A stretch of DNA of 64,000 nucleotides from Terriglobia bacterium (lineage in GTDB: Bacteria; Acidobacteriota; Terriglobia; JAJPHL01; JAPKYU01): the NCBI GenBank assembly GCA_965223005.1, contig CBDCVK010000010.1:1536001-1600000 (forward strand), given 5' to 3'. Under the pieces are notes generated by a model. That model did not search any database and had not been told where the DNA came from. It saw only the letters and a list, made by a program, of their open reading frames with translations. This document shows, one piece after another, positions 33,059 through 41,981 of the stretch. The position numbers and the translations under genes were made by a program. The number at the start of each line of letters is the position of its first letter. The first letter of the stretch is position 1.

Positions 33059-33283
33059 CTATTCTTCTTTTGAGCGAAGCTGGGAAGCGATGGTAGCGTT
33101 GAGCGCGCCCAGTAATTCGTCCACGCTGACTTCGCTACGCTGCGCAACCACGGTCACCGAACAATCCCAGCAGGACGGGCGCACACGAAATCGCTCGAAA
33201 ACCCCCTCGGTCTCCGGATACCGGTTACGGATGTCCCGAACAATCATGTCTCGGCGAATCAGATCAGTGAAACGGAAGCTCAC
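33059..33283 (-). CDS. DUF1858-like small redox (CxxC) protein
   Basis: YPETEGVF...CWDC...VDELLGALN; AGGAGG RBS before GTG. Confidence 0.7.
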   Translation of the reverse strand: MSFRFTDLIRRDMIVRDIRNRYPETEGVFERFRVRPSCWDCSVTVVAQRSEVSVDELLGALNATIASQLRSKEE

Positions 33284-33840
33284 GGCTCCTCCTTTCGGTT
33301 GCCCTTGGCTGGTAGACACACGACGGCTCTTCATCGAGGAAATTCCTCGTTACGCCGTAAGCCCGGGCGCCCTGGATACGCGCGCCCCGCTGGTGCTGAT
33401 TGACCAATTTGCATTGCATCACCCCAAGAATGAGCATTTCTATGTCCTTTGGACATCTTGAGGGCGATCAGCTAGATAGAAACAGAACAACCGCACCCAG
33501 GTGCGCGAGAACGCGCAGGCGTTGCGGCTTCTTGCGCAACCAGAACGGGATGTCAACCTCCATGCAGAGGGCTTGGTCTGATATGCACAGCGGGCAGGGA
33601 CGCTGCATTTTCCCAGTGGGTGAGCTGCAGGCGAGCCAGCGAGTAAACCGGTATCGGGCCAGCACGCTATCGTTCTAGCCAGCATACCCAGGGTAGGGTT
33701 CCCGCACCGGAATTCAATGCCGTCCGTATAGACAAAACAGACCTAGCTTCCCCCAAACTTCTTCGATAAGTCACCATCATCGTGCAGCAGTCTGTCCAAG
33801 TCTTTGAGTACAAGGACGCTTGCCTAAGATTCAGTGAGTA

Positions 33841-33868
33841 GGTCCCCATTAGCTTCCGACTGACAGTA
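33841..33868 (+). repeat. dif-like site C
   Basis: GGTCCCCATTA-GCTTCC-GACTGACAGTA; inverted twin of site G. Confidence 0.75.
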
Positions 33869-33926
33869 GCCCACTTGGATGTATAACGCGCTAACCGGAC
33901 AAGTGCCTGGATTCCCTTTGGGGAAG
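33869..33926 (+). repeat. Conserved accessory element next to site C
   Basis: CCCACTTGGATGTATAACGCGCTAACCGGACAAGTGCCTGGATTCCC, near-identical to 40884-40942. Confidence 0.85.
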
Positions 33927-33950
33927 TACGCCTGGCGCAAAAGGCTGGAT

Positions 33951-33978
33951 AGTCCCCAGTAACGGGCTAGTGCTTACC
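33951..33978 (+). repeat. dif-like site E
   Basis: AGTCCCCAGTA-ACGGGC-TAGTGCTTACC. Confidence 0.8.
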
Positions 33979-34095
33979 AAGGAAAACTGGGAATCGGCTA
34001 GTCTGTCTTCTGCGTAGTTGCATACGAAGTGTTGTCGGGGTTCAAACTGTCGGCCCGAAGCGCCACTTCGCGGGGGGAGCCAATTCGCTAGTTAT

Positions 34096-35859
34096 TTACC
34101 TGGGCACCTTAGATTTCAACATCCGGTACTTCTCGTACTGTCGCGAGTTGGCATACATAAACGGCAGCCCCTTCTTCACGCCGAGTTCTTCGCGAGTGTA
34201 AAACACCATGTTGTACACGTATGCGATCCTCGGGTCCTTCTTGCCTTCGAATGCCACCGTTATATTTATGCTGTATTGCAGCGGCTGCCCCCGAAAGTTC
34301 TTCTTGGACACAGCCCAGTCGCGGGCCGTGACGCACGCAGTCACTGGGATGTGCACGTCGTCATACTCGGGCTTGCTCCAGAGCTTCGCTTTTTTGAGAT
34401 AGTTCAAGGCTGCTGCAGCCAGGGCAGCAGGCCTACCCGGACCGGCAAAGGCAGCGTTGTGCCCGGGCCACGTTAACTTTTTGAGCGCTTCTACCCACTC
34501 CGGATAGGTTTCGTCGCGGGCCACCTGGGCTTGAGCGATGAAGTCATCGTAACCACCGTCCGGGTCGAATGCTTTAGCGATCTTGAAGCTGTTGAGAGCC
34601 CGTTCGGTATAATCGAATTTCAGTTCTACCTTGGTAGGATCAGGATTGGTCATTCGCTTCCAGCGCATGTAAGAATAGCGGCCTCGCTTGACGGCCCAGT
34701 CCACATAGGTCTTTTCCTGCTTCGTTACGTCAACGTTTGCGAGAGTGCCGTACGATATGACGAGGTCCAGGGAGACATCCAGTGGTTTCCGGACCCCTTT
34801 GAAGGATTCGAACACGTCGCTGTGGGTCTTCCCGTAGCGTTGCTCAAAAAGGTTCCAGAACGGAAGGAATGCATCTTTCCACTCGCGCCATTCCGCGATA
34901 ACGGTGGCACCTGCTTTGATGAAATAGCCCTCAGAACTCAAGCTATCCCTGAATTTGTCGGCCAGTCGCTCGAGGGTCACCCAATCTTTCGCGGCCTGGT
35001 TTTTGTCGATCACACGCGCCTTCCAGGCCTCCTCCTCAGCCTTCTTGGCAGCCCGTTCAGCCTCCTCGGCTTCCAACGCTGCTTTCCTCGCGGCCTCTTT
35101 CTTCGCTTCCACTTCAGCAACTGCCGCCGCAAACACATCCACTTTGGCCTGGATTTCTTTCTGTCGTGCCAGGGCGCCGGCAATGTCCGGATGATCTATG
35201 GGAATCTGATCGCCGTACATCTTCACGATTTCAGCCATGTATCGGTCGGCACTCCGCAACTCGTATTCCGCCTGTTCTGCACGCCACTTATCGGAAACAT
35301 TGCTTTCCTTGGTCAGCACTGTCTCTGCAGAGTCCAGTCTCTCGTGAAAATCTTTCAGGCGCTTCGTCACACCATGCGGCAATTTGGTAGCGGCAGGCAC
35401 GGCGCGGGATGCGGGCGCGGAAGGTGTCGACGAACTGGCCGCGCGAGCAGCTTGTCTCCTCAGGCGCCTGTCGACATCCCTGCGGTGCCTCGCGTATTTC
35501 TGTTCAAGAAGCTTCACTTTGCTGTTCGCGGGATCGGCTTCCTTAATCTTTCGAATGAGCTTGGCGACTTTATCAAGCAGGGCAGATGCCTCCTGATGCC
35601 TGCTGTTGAACATGTGGTTCTGTGAGATACGCAGATCGTTGTTGGCTTGCTTGATCAGCGCGTCGACATCAGCCGATTTCAAAGACGACCTTCCAACGAG
35701 CTTTTTCAATACGGAGTCCAGTTGTCCCTGAGCTTGTCTGAAGCCTCTATGACCCTGTGCCCAAGCATCCAGGGCTGCGAGGCAGAGGATTCCCGCAACG
35801 AGAACGAGGCAGAGCGACCCACGGGCCCACCCCCAATGAAGACCGGTTGGGCTCGGCAT
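34096..35859 (-). CDS. Secreted helical/coiled-coil hypothetical protein
   Basis: Long ORF, signal peptide (...ALDAWA/Q), Ala/Glu/Lys coiled coil; family not recognised. Confidence 0.75.
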   Translation of the reverse strand: MPSPTGLHWGWARGSLCLVLVAGILCLAALDAWAQGHRGFRQAQGQLDSVLKKLVGRSSLKSADVDALIKQANNDLRISQNHMFNSRHQEASALLDKVAKLIRKIKEADPANSKVKLLEQKYARHRRDVDRRLRRQAARAASSSTPSAPASRAVPAATKLPHGVTKRLKDFHERLDSAETVLTKESNVSDKWRAEQAEYELRSADRYMAEIVKMYGDQIPIDHPDIAGALARQKEIQAKVDVFAAAVAEVEAKKEAARKAALEAEEAERAAKKAEEEAWKARVIDKNQAAKDWVTLERLADKFRDSLSSEGYFIKAGATVIAEWREWKDAFLPFWNLFEQRYGKTHSDVFESFKGVRKPLDVSLDLVISYGTLANVDVTKQEKTYVDWAVKRGRYSYMRWKRMTNPDPTKVELKFDYTERALNSFKIAKAFDPDGGYDDFIAQAQVARDETYPEWVEALKKLTWPGHNAAFAGPGRPAALAAAALNYLKKAKLWSKPEYDDVHIPVTACVTARDWAVSKKNFRGQPLQYSINITVAFEGKKDPRIAYVYNMVFYTREELGVKKGLPFMYANSRQYEKYRMLKSKVPR

Positions 35860-36069
35860 GATTAGCCTTCTCACTGATCGATTCCTCCAGGTGATGTTAG
35901 CTGTAAAGGCAAACCTCCCACAATTTACATACATGCATTATATGCCGCACCGTCAGAGTCAGCGAGCTACAGGTGGGCCTGTCTGGCTGCTCCCCTGGTC
36001 GTGCAGACCTTGTGAGTGTCTATCGCGTAGTCGAGTCGGTTCGGGCGGGTCCTCCAGGCCCTGTCTGGC

Positions 36070-36097
36070 CTCTGTCAGTCGGAAGCTAGTGAGGACC
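36070..36097 (-). repeat. dif-like site G
   Basis: Minus strand GGTCCTCACTA-GCTTCC-GACTGACAGAG. Confidence 0.75.
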
Positions 36098-36133
36098 TAT
36101 CTACTCTCAGCTATTGAAGTGACACTGCCTCCA

Positions 36134-36184
36134 GGTAGGCACTTGTCCGGTAAACCGACTATACGTCCAAGTGAACCCGGGATT
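36134..36184 (-). repeat. Accessory element next to site A
   Basis: Minus strand AATCCCGGGTTCACTTGGACGTATAGTCGGTTTACCGGACAAGTGCCTACC; matches both 52622-52660 and 33871-33908. Confidence 0.8.
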
Positions 36185-36212
36185 GATAAACGCTAGCCCG
36201 TTAGTGGGGATC
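36185..36212 (-). repeat. dif-like site A
   Basis: Minus strand GATCCCCACTA-ACGGGC-TAGCGTTTATC. Confidence 0.85.
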
Positions 36213-36243
36213 TATCTGGCATTGCGGCTGACAAGGAGGTAGG

Positions 36244-36699
36244 TTACTTCTTCGGGTTCTTTGCTGCGTGTTTGGCTCGGATGGTCTTGGCGCGGGCTTC
36301 CATTTTGGCCGCCTCGGCATCCCGATTCGTCTTCCGTAGAAGTACTGCGTAATTCTCCAGGGTCGTTGCCACGTCAGGATGCTCCGGCCCTAGGGCTTTC
36401 TCCAAAATCGCCAGCACCCGTCGGAAGAACGGTTCGGCTTCGGCATACTTGCCCTGGGCACGGTAGAGTTCTGCTAGGTCGTTGAGGCTGTAGATCAGCC
36501 GCCCGTCCAGCTCCCCAAACTTTTCCGCTTCCTTGAGGGCAACCAGCAACAACTTCTCAGCCTCGGCGTACTGGCCGCTCCGGTAGGCTTTCCCACCGGC
36601 CTCGCTGTACTTCGCCCAGGCCGTGTCATCGGCCACGGCAAAGGACGCCAGACACAAGATTCCCAGTAGCAGCCAGCCAGTTTTGGCCTTCGTCATCAT
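36244..36699 (-). CDS. Secreted tetratricopeptide repeat protein
   Basis: Signal peptide; SLNDLAELYRAQGKYAEAEP...ALGPEHPDVATTLEN. Confidence 0.85.
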   Translation of the reverse strand: MMTKAKTGWLLLGILCLASFAVADDTAWAKYSEAGGKAYRSGQYAEAEKLLLVALKEAEKFGELDGRLIYSLNDLAELYRAQGKYAEAEPFFRRVLAILEKALGPEHPDVATTLENYAVLLRKTNRDAEAAKMEARAKTIRAKHAAKNPKK

Positions 36700-36742
36700 C
36701 GAGGACTCCTCCAGCAAACGGTAGGGCAGCCGATTCTCCCAC

Positions 36743-37276
36743 CTACCATGAGACTTCGAACGGCTTGCCTGCCTCCAATTCAATGACACCGCCTTTGCCC
36801 GAAGCTTCGCCTGTCGATAAGACTTTTCGGACTTCGGCGCCTCCAAGAGGATTTTCGGGGTCGGCCATCCGGCCCTCAACCATCTCGATCTTCAGGGGTC
36901 CACCTTCATTACGGATCGTGGCTCGCAATTTCAATCCCTCAATGTACGACGAGGCCAGGTATCTGTTATGGTCATCCTGGACCTTGAGGTCATGGCTCAT
37001 TGTCTGGGTAGCCGGAGGCCGATACCGTGATTTTGGAGTACGAGATGCCACTCGGACTCGAAACTCTGTTCCCACAGGGCCCGACCAGCGGAAACCCAAC
37101 ACCCACGGGTTGTTGGGGTCGTCCTGGCTGGCATTCCCGGGTTGTGCACCACTACCTTGTTGGGCCGAAGCTGCCGGATTCGCCTGCTGGCCCGAGGTGC
37201 TGGTCTCATCGCTTCCGCCGCACCCTACAAGAACCGAGACCAGCAGCAAAGGAAGCACCTTTGATAAGTTCCTCAT
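36743..37276 (-). CDS. Hypothetical lipoprotein
   Basis: Lipobox LVGC, Ser/Gln linker; GAGG RBS. Confidence 0.75.
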   Translation of the reverse strand: MRNLSKVLPLLLVSVLVGCGGSDETSTSGQQANPAASAQQGSGAQPGNASQDDPNNPWVLGFRWSGPVGTEFRVRVASRTPKSRYRPPATQTMSHDLKVQDDHNRYLASSYIEGLKLRATIRNEGGPLKIEMVEGRMADPENPLGGAEVRKVLSTGEASGKGGVIELEAGKPFEVSW

Positions 37277-37383
37277 GTTCCCCTCTTTCATTGACAAGGT
37301 TACCCGGCCTTCGACCCGGCCGGGGACTGACTGAGTCCGTCATCGTTTTTCGCCGACGACAGCCAAATCCCGCCCGACGGCCT

Positions 37384-37794
37384 TCACAAAGCCGCGCGGA
37401 TGCGTCCGCACAGGACCCTCAGGATGCCACGCGTCACCTCCATGTGGTTGGCCATCAACCTGAGGAAGGGCGCGCTAGAGAGCTTGAAAAGCTGGGTCGG
37501 CTCAAGCGCAGTGACCGAGGCTGCGCGTTGCTCGGGGTCCAGAGCGGCCAATTCGCCAAAGATCTCCCTGGGTCCCAGCTCGGCGATGTCGCGGCCGCCC
37601 GAGTGGACCCGAATCCGGCCGTCGATGATAATAAACATGGCCGTTCCCATGCCACCCTCGCGGAGGATCTCTTCGCCGGGCCCAAATTCCATCTCCTCCA
37701 GGATCGAGGCAACCTCGACCAAGGCATCCGCGGGAACTGCGGAGAAGAGGTCAACGGACTTCAGGATCAGCACCCTTTCCAGTGTAATCCGCAT
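37384..37794 (-). CDS. Stand-alone cyclic nucleotide-binding domain protein
   Basis: ERVLILKSVDLF, FGELAAL...RAASV. Confidence 0.88.
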   Translation of the reverse strand: MRITLERVLILKSVDLFSAVPADALVEVASILEEMEFGPGEEILREGGMGTAMFIIIDGRIRVHSGGRDIAELGPREIFGELAALDPEQRAASVTALEPTQLFKLSSAPFLRLMANHMEVTRGILRVLCGRIRAAL

Positions 37795-40594
37795 CAGCTT
37801 CCTCCTTCGAGGTTGTCGGCCGCCCGTTCGGCATTGTCCGTTCGGGCATTGGGGTCCAGGACGGAAACCGCCCAGGCTGCGGTTTCGTGAACCAGGGGAT
37901 TTGGATCGTCGATCACATCGCGAACCGCGTCCAAGAGTCTCGTGTCTCGGGTCTTGCCAACCAGGTAGTTGCGCAGGCCCGTGTCCAGGGCAACAGCAGG
38001 GCGTTGGTCATGACCTCGCGCTGCAAGCGTTCCCTGCTGGGGGATTCTCGGGGCACCCACTCCTTCAACCGTGCGAGCTGCTCTCCCGCCGGGATGTCGT
38101 AAAAAAGGGGAAGGGTCATCGCCTTCATGTCCTGGCTCAGCAGGTTGTCCACCACCTCGAGGCCGGTGGCGCGCATGTCGGCGTGATCGCTGCACAATTT
38201 CTCCTTGGCGTCCAAGATCGCCTGAGAGGGAAACAGAAAGGACAGGAGGGAAAGTATGCGGTCGCGGCCTTGGCGGGCTTCCCATTCGAGCGCGCTGGCC
38301 AGGAGGTCCATTGCCCTTGCGGTACGCCACTGCTCAAGCGCCGTCAGAACCCACACAGTACTCTGCACTTCCTGCCGGATGTTGTCGCGTATCAACGCGA
38401 CAGTGTCACCACGGGCTTGGTAATTTCGCTCCGCCAGCTCGTCGAGCAGGGGATGCCGCACCCTTCGATTTGGGATGGACAGATAACCCAGCAACCGTTG
38501 TGTTGAGGCTTCGCTCCCGATCTCGCCCATCAGCCTGATCAGCAGAACGCGCTCCACGTCGGTGGTTCCCTCTCCATCGAACGCCGCCGCCAGCTCAGGA
38601 AGGGCGGGCTCGCCTAGGCTCACCAACGCCTTGAAGGCGAGTTCGCGCAAAGCGGGTTTTCTGAGACGTTCAATGATCGGCACGGCGAGTTTTGGGTTGC
38701 GGAGCTTGCCGGCGGCGACGATCACCGCTCGCTGCACACCGGTGTTTTCGTCGTCCAGGAGCGACAGGAGCGGATGATAGAAACCCGTGCTCCCGACGTC
38801 ACCGAGAACTTCGGCCGCGAATTGCCGCTCTCGCGGGTCCGACGACTTCAGCAGCTCGACCAGTTTCGATCCCGCCAGCAGCACGCCCTCCAGCCCACCG
38901 TTTCGCAACAGTCCGACCATGGCGCCTCGTTGCACGTGTTTATCGGCCGAATCCAGATGGGGCAAAGCCACGTCTAGCGCCTCGTCAGCATGCAACACAC
39001 AGAAAACTCTCACGGCGTCGCCCCGCACCTCACTGTCGCTTTCCGTCCCCATCAGGCCCAAGACGCGATCGGCAGCGGTGGTGATGTGGTTCGCCTCAAT
39101 CTGCGCGAGCGCGTGCTTGCGGACGTTGCTGTCGGGGTGAGCAAGCGCTTTGAGCAGGAATTCGTCCAGCGACGGGTGCTCGGCCTGTTCCAGCAACTTG
39201 AGACCGGTAATCACCTCAATGGGCATGTCGCTGTTCAGTCTTTCTTCGAGAATCTGCTGGCTCGAAGCGTCATCGAACGACAGGAGCCCTCCGGACAAAC
39301 GCCGCCGGCTGATGGCGCTGGTAAGCGCGATGACGTATTCGCGCCGAACCAGGAAAACACTCAGAACCGTCAAGCCGAGAAACGCCATGAGGACGTATGC
39401 CAGCCCGACGCTGGTGAGTTTCCATACCTCGGTCAGCAGCAAAATCAGGAACCCTGACAGCGCGATGGCGATCGGTTCGATGATCGATTCGCGTACCGCC
39501 TGCGCGCGCAGCCGGTCACCGGGACCAAGGGGCTGATAGAGAATGCGGAAGGTCGGCATTTCCAATGCCGACGTGGCGGCCTCGTGGACCAGCTTGGTGC
39601 CGATCAGGATCCACAGGAACGCGCCGGCCAGCGCAAGGGCGGCGAGTCCCAGTGCCGAGACGAGTCCCACCGTGGCTGCGGCCGGCGCCGCCACAAGGCC
39701 CGCAAGCACGCCAAACCGCGCCAGTAGACGGGCGGTGACCACGCCGCTCGCCACCAGGTTGACGAGGCTGAGGACGGCGAAAAAGATGCCGAAGAACCCG
39801 GCCAGCGCCGCCTCGTTCGTGTAAACCGACTCCACTTGATCGTAAAAAATGTAGTCCAGCAGGAAGAAGGAGACGCACGACAGCAGCGAGAGAATAAAGA
39901 AAGGACCCAGGAACCTGTCACGGCAAAGCTGCAGGAGAGATTTCCGGGTGACCACCTCTTCCTCCACGTCCTTCTGGGCGAAGTGATGCCCCTGCATCTT
40001 TTCCATGACCACCAGCATCACGAAACAGAGGCTGAGACCCACACCGGCGATCGGTATCAGGTGAACCGTTCCCGTCAGATCGACAATCCAGGGCATGCTG
40101 AAGCCACCCAGGATGTTCGCCAGAACATCTCCCGTGGCCACCAGCCCGAAGAGGCGCTTGCCCTGGCGCACGTTGAAGAGGAAGCCCGCGACCGCCCAGA
40201 ACTCGATATGGATGAGGACCCAATACACGCCCTTCCAGACCATCACCGCCATCCAAAGCCATTTGCCCGGCGCCAGCAGTATGAGGAAGTAGAAGCCGGC
40301 CATGACTGCGATCAGGAAGACGAGCACGCCCTTCATCAGCGAAAGCGGCTTGACCCTTTCCTCGCATTTCACATAAACCAGTCCCACCACCACCGAGACG
40401 GCAGCCGTGGCGATGTAGACGTAGGGAAGGAGGCTTACCCCGTATTCGGAAAGGAACTTAGTGTTTGCGGCAGTCTCGAGAAAGAGGACCGACGTACCCG
40501 TGAAGAAGGAAGTGATGAAGAGCAGAGCGAGGGCCTGGCCCTCACCCGACCTGACGTCGAAAGCCGACAAGATGCTGCCCCGCAGATTGATCAT
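37794..40594 (-). pseudogene. Nucleotide-translocase (Npt/TLC)-like MFS domain plus HEAT repeats, frameshifted near the C-terminus
   Basis: About 12 TM helices with FW...FNVRQGKRLFG, then HEAT repeats; one base missing near 37969 (WTRACA-YLVG); the other frame ends DPNPLVHETA... and abuts the cNMP gene (TGATG). Confidence 0.75.
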
Positions 40595-40841
40595 CGACCT
40601 GGTCCCAGGTTTTAACCGGAATTTCCGATTTCAACTTTACCTTTGCGCACAATCATACGCCAGTCGCCCTTTGCGGAAAGCTTACATCGCCATGGCCGTG
40701 ATGGGGGGGAACCGGCCCGTCTTGGCAGTTCGGATGACCTCCTTAGTGTGTTCCGGACCTCCCGCCTGCCGCGCTGCTAATACTCTCTGAGAGTGCAGTA
40801 ATTCTCTGAAACGGCAAGAGTTGGCTCAGACTTGGCAGATA

Positions 40842-40869
40842 GGTCCCCACAAGTCGGTTAGCGTTTACC
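40842..40869 (+). repeat. dif-like site D
   Basis: GGTCCCCACAA-GTCGGT-TAGCGTTTACC. Confidence 0.85.
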
Positions 40870-40883
40870 TATGCTGCCACGCC

Positions 40884-40942
40884 GCCCACTTTGCCGTATA
40901 ACGCGCTAACCGGACAAGTGCCTTGGATTCCCTTCGGGAAAG
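40884..40942 (+). repeat. Accessory element next to site D
   Basis: GCCCACTTTGCCGTATAACGCGCTAACCGGACAAGTGCCTTGGATTCCCTTCGGGAAAG. Confidence 0.85.
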
Positions 40943-41082
40943 CGCAAAGGATGGAAGGGACAGATCTTTGAAATCCTTCCAAATGTGAAATTATTGCCAC
41001 CTGGAGAGGCCAGGACTAAAGCGGCAAGGTCCCGTAAGGATTCTGGCTGTAGGGATTTGAACTCCTTTTGCCTGTTGGCACC

Positions 41083-41310
41083 TCAACCTTTCAGTGCCGC
41101 TTTGGCCCTCGGCGAATCGGCTGGCACTACCGCCTTGCTCCCACAGGTAGGACACCCCTGATAACTGGCCCCGTGCCGCCAGACTGAGTAGATCAGTCCA
41201 GGGACCAGGAAGCAGAGCCAAAGTACGACCTCGACCCCTATTGAGCCCGGCATTACCCGCTTTGGGGAACCAGCCACCTCGCAATCAAGGCAGTACATTT
41301 TCTTAGCCAT
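41083..41310 (-). CDS. Small zinc-ribbon membrane protein
   Basis: CLDC...LWLCFLVPGLIY...CPTC. Confidence 0.7.
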   Translation of the reverse strand: MAKKMYCLDCEVAGSPKRVMPGSIGVEVVLWLCFLVPGLIYSVWRHGASYQGCPTCGSKAVVPADSPRAKAALKG

Positions 41311-41557
41311 GTCTTTAGCCCCTCTATCGGTTTGTATGTGCTGGGAATGCGCTAACAAACCAACTGTCGAACCGCGTCCTACTGCCCGCTGCCTACTCTG
41401 TCTCGGGAGTGGAATTCCGAGCTTGCGCGAAGCCCTGGCCTCGGCCTGGGACATAGTCTTCTGTTCCATTCACCCACAGGGTCCATCAGACAGTTCCGAA
41501 GCTATGTTGCTTATAGTCGATTTGTTGCCAAAAGTCCACAGGGCATGATGACCTTTG

Positions 41558-41773
41558 ATGGCCGAAGATGTTCGTGCCCGCTTCGGGCGAAGACTGCGCA
41601 GGCTCCGCACAGGGAGGGGCTGGACACAGGTGGAGCTAGCGGAAAAGCTGGGTCTGGATCGGAGTTATCTTGCAGACATAGAGCGCGGCAGACGGAACGT
41701 GTCCCTGATGAATCTTGAAATCATTGCCAAAGGTTTTGAGCTGTCATTGTCACAGCTGCTATCCCAGGTTTAG
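41558..41773 (+). CDS. XRE-family HTH regulator (controller/C-protein-like)
   Basis: FGRRLRRLR...WTQVELA...DRSYLADIERGRRNVSLMNLEIIA. Confidence 0.88.
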   Translation: MAEDVRARFGRRLRRLRTGRGWTQVELAEKLGLDRSYLADIERGRRNVSLMNLEIIAKGFELSLSQLLSQV

Positions 41774-41981
41774 GAAGTCCCAGTGATTGCACCGCATAGG
41801 ACGCGGCTTGTGGCTTCCGTGAAAGGAGTCGCGGTCCAAGAAGGCTGAGCCCGCTACGGGGGAAGGAAGAGGACACGAAGGCACTGGAACGGGTTGGCTC
41901 GGCACCGGATTCTTTCAACGGAAACCCCTGTTTGGCTGGACGACCTGACCAACCCACAACCGTTCGTCGCTTCTAATCATC

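Noticed and set aside
34030-34090. tRNA fragment or att site (GGTTCAAA...GGAGCCAA)
   Set aside because: Only an 8 bp match to the tRNA-Asn end, wrong spacing to the T-loop-like motif, and no TTTCAA tail.
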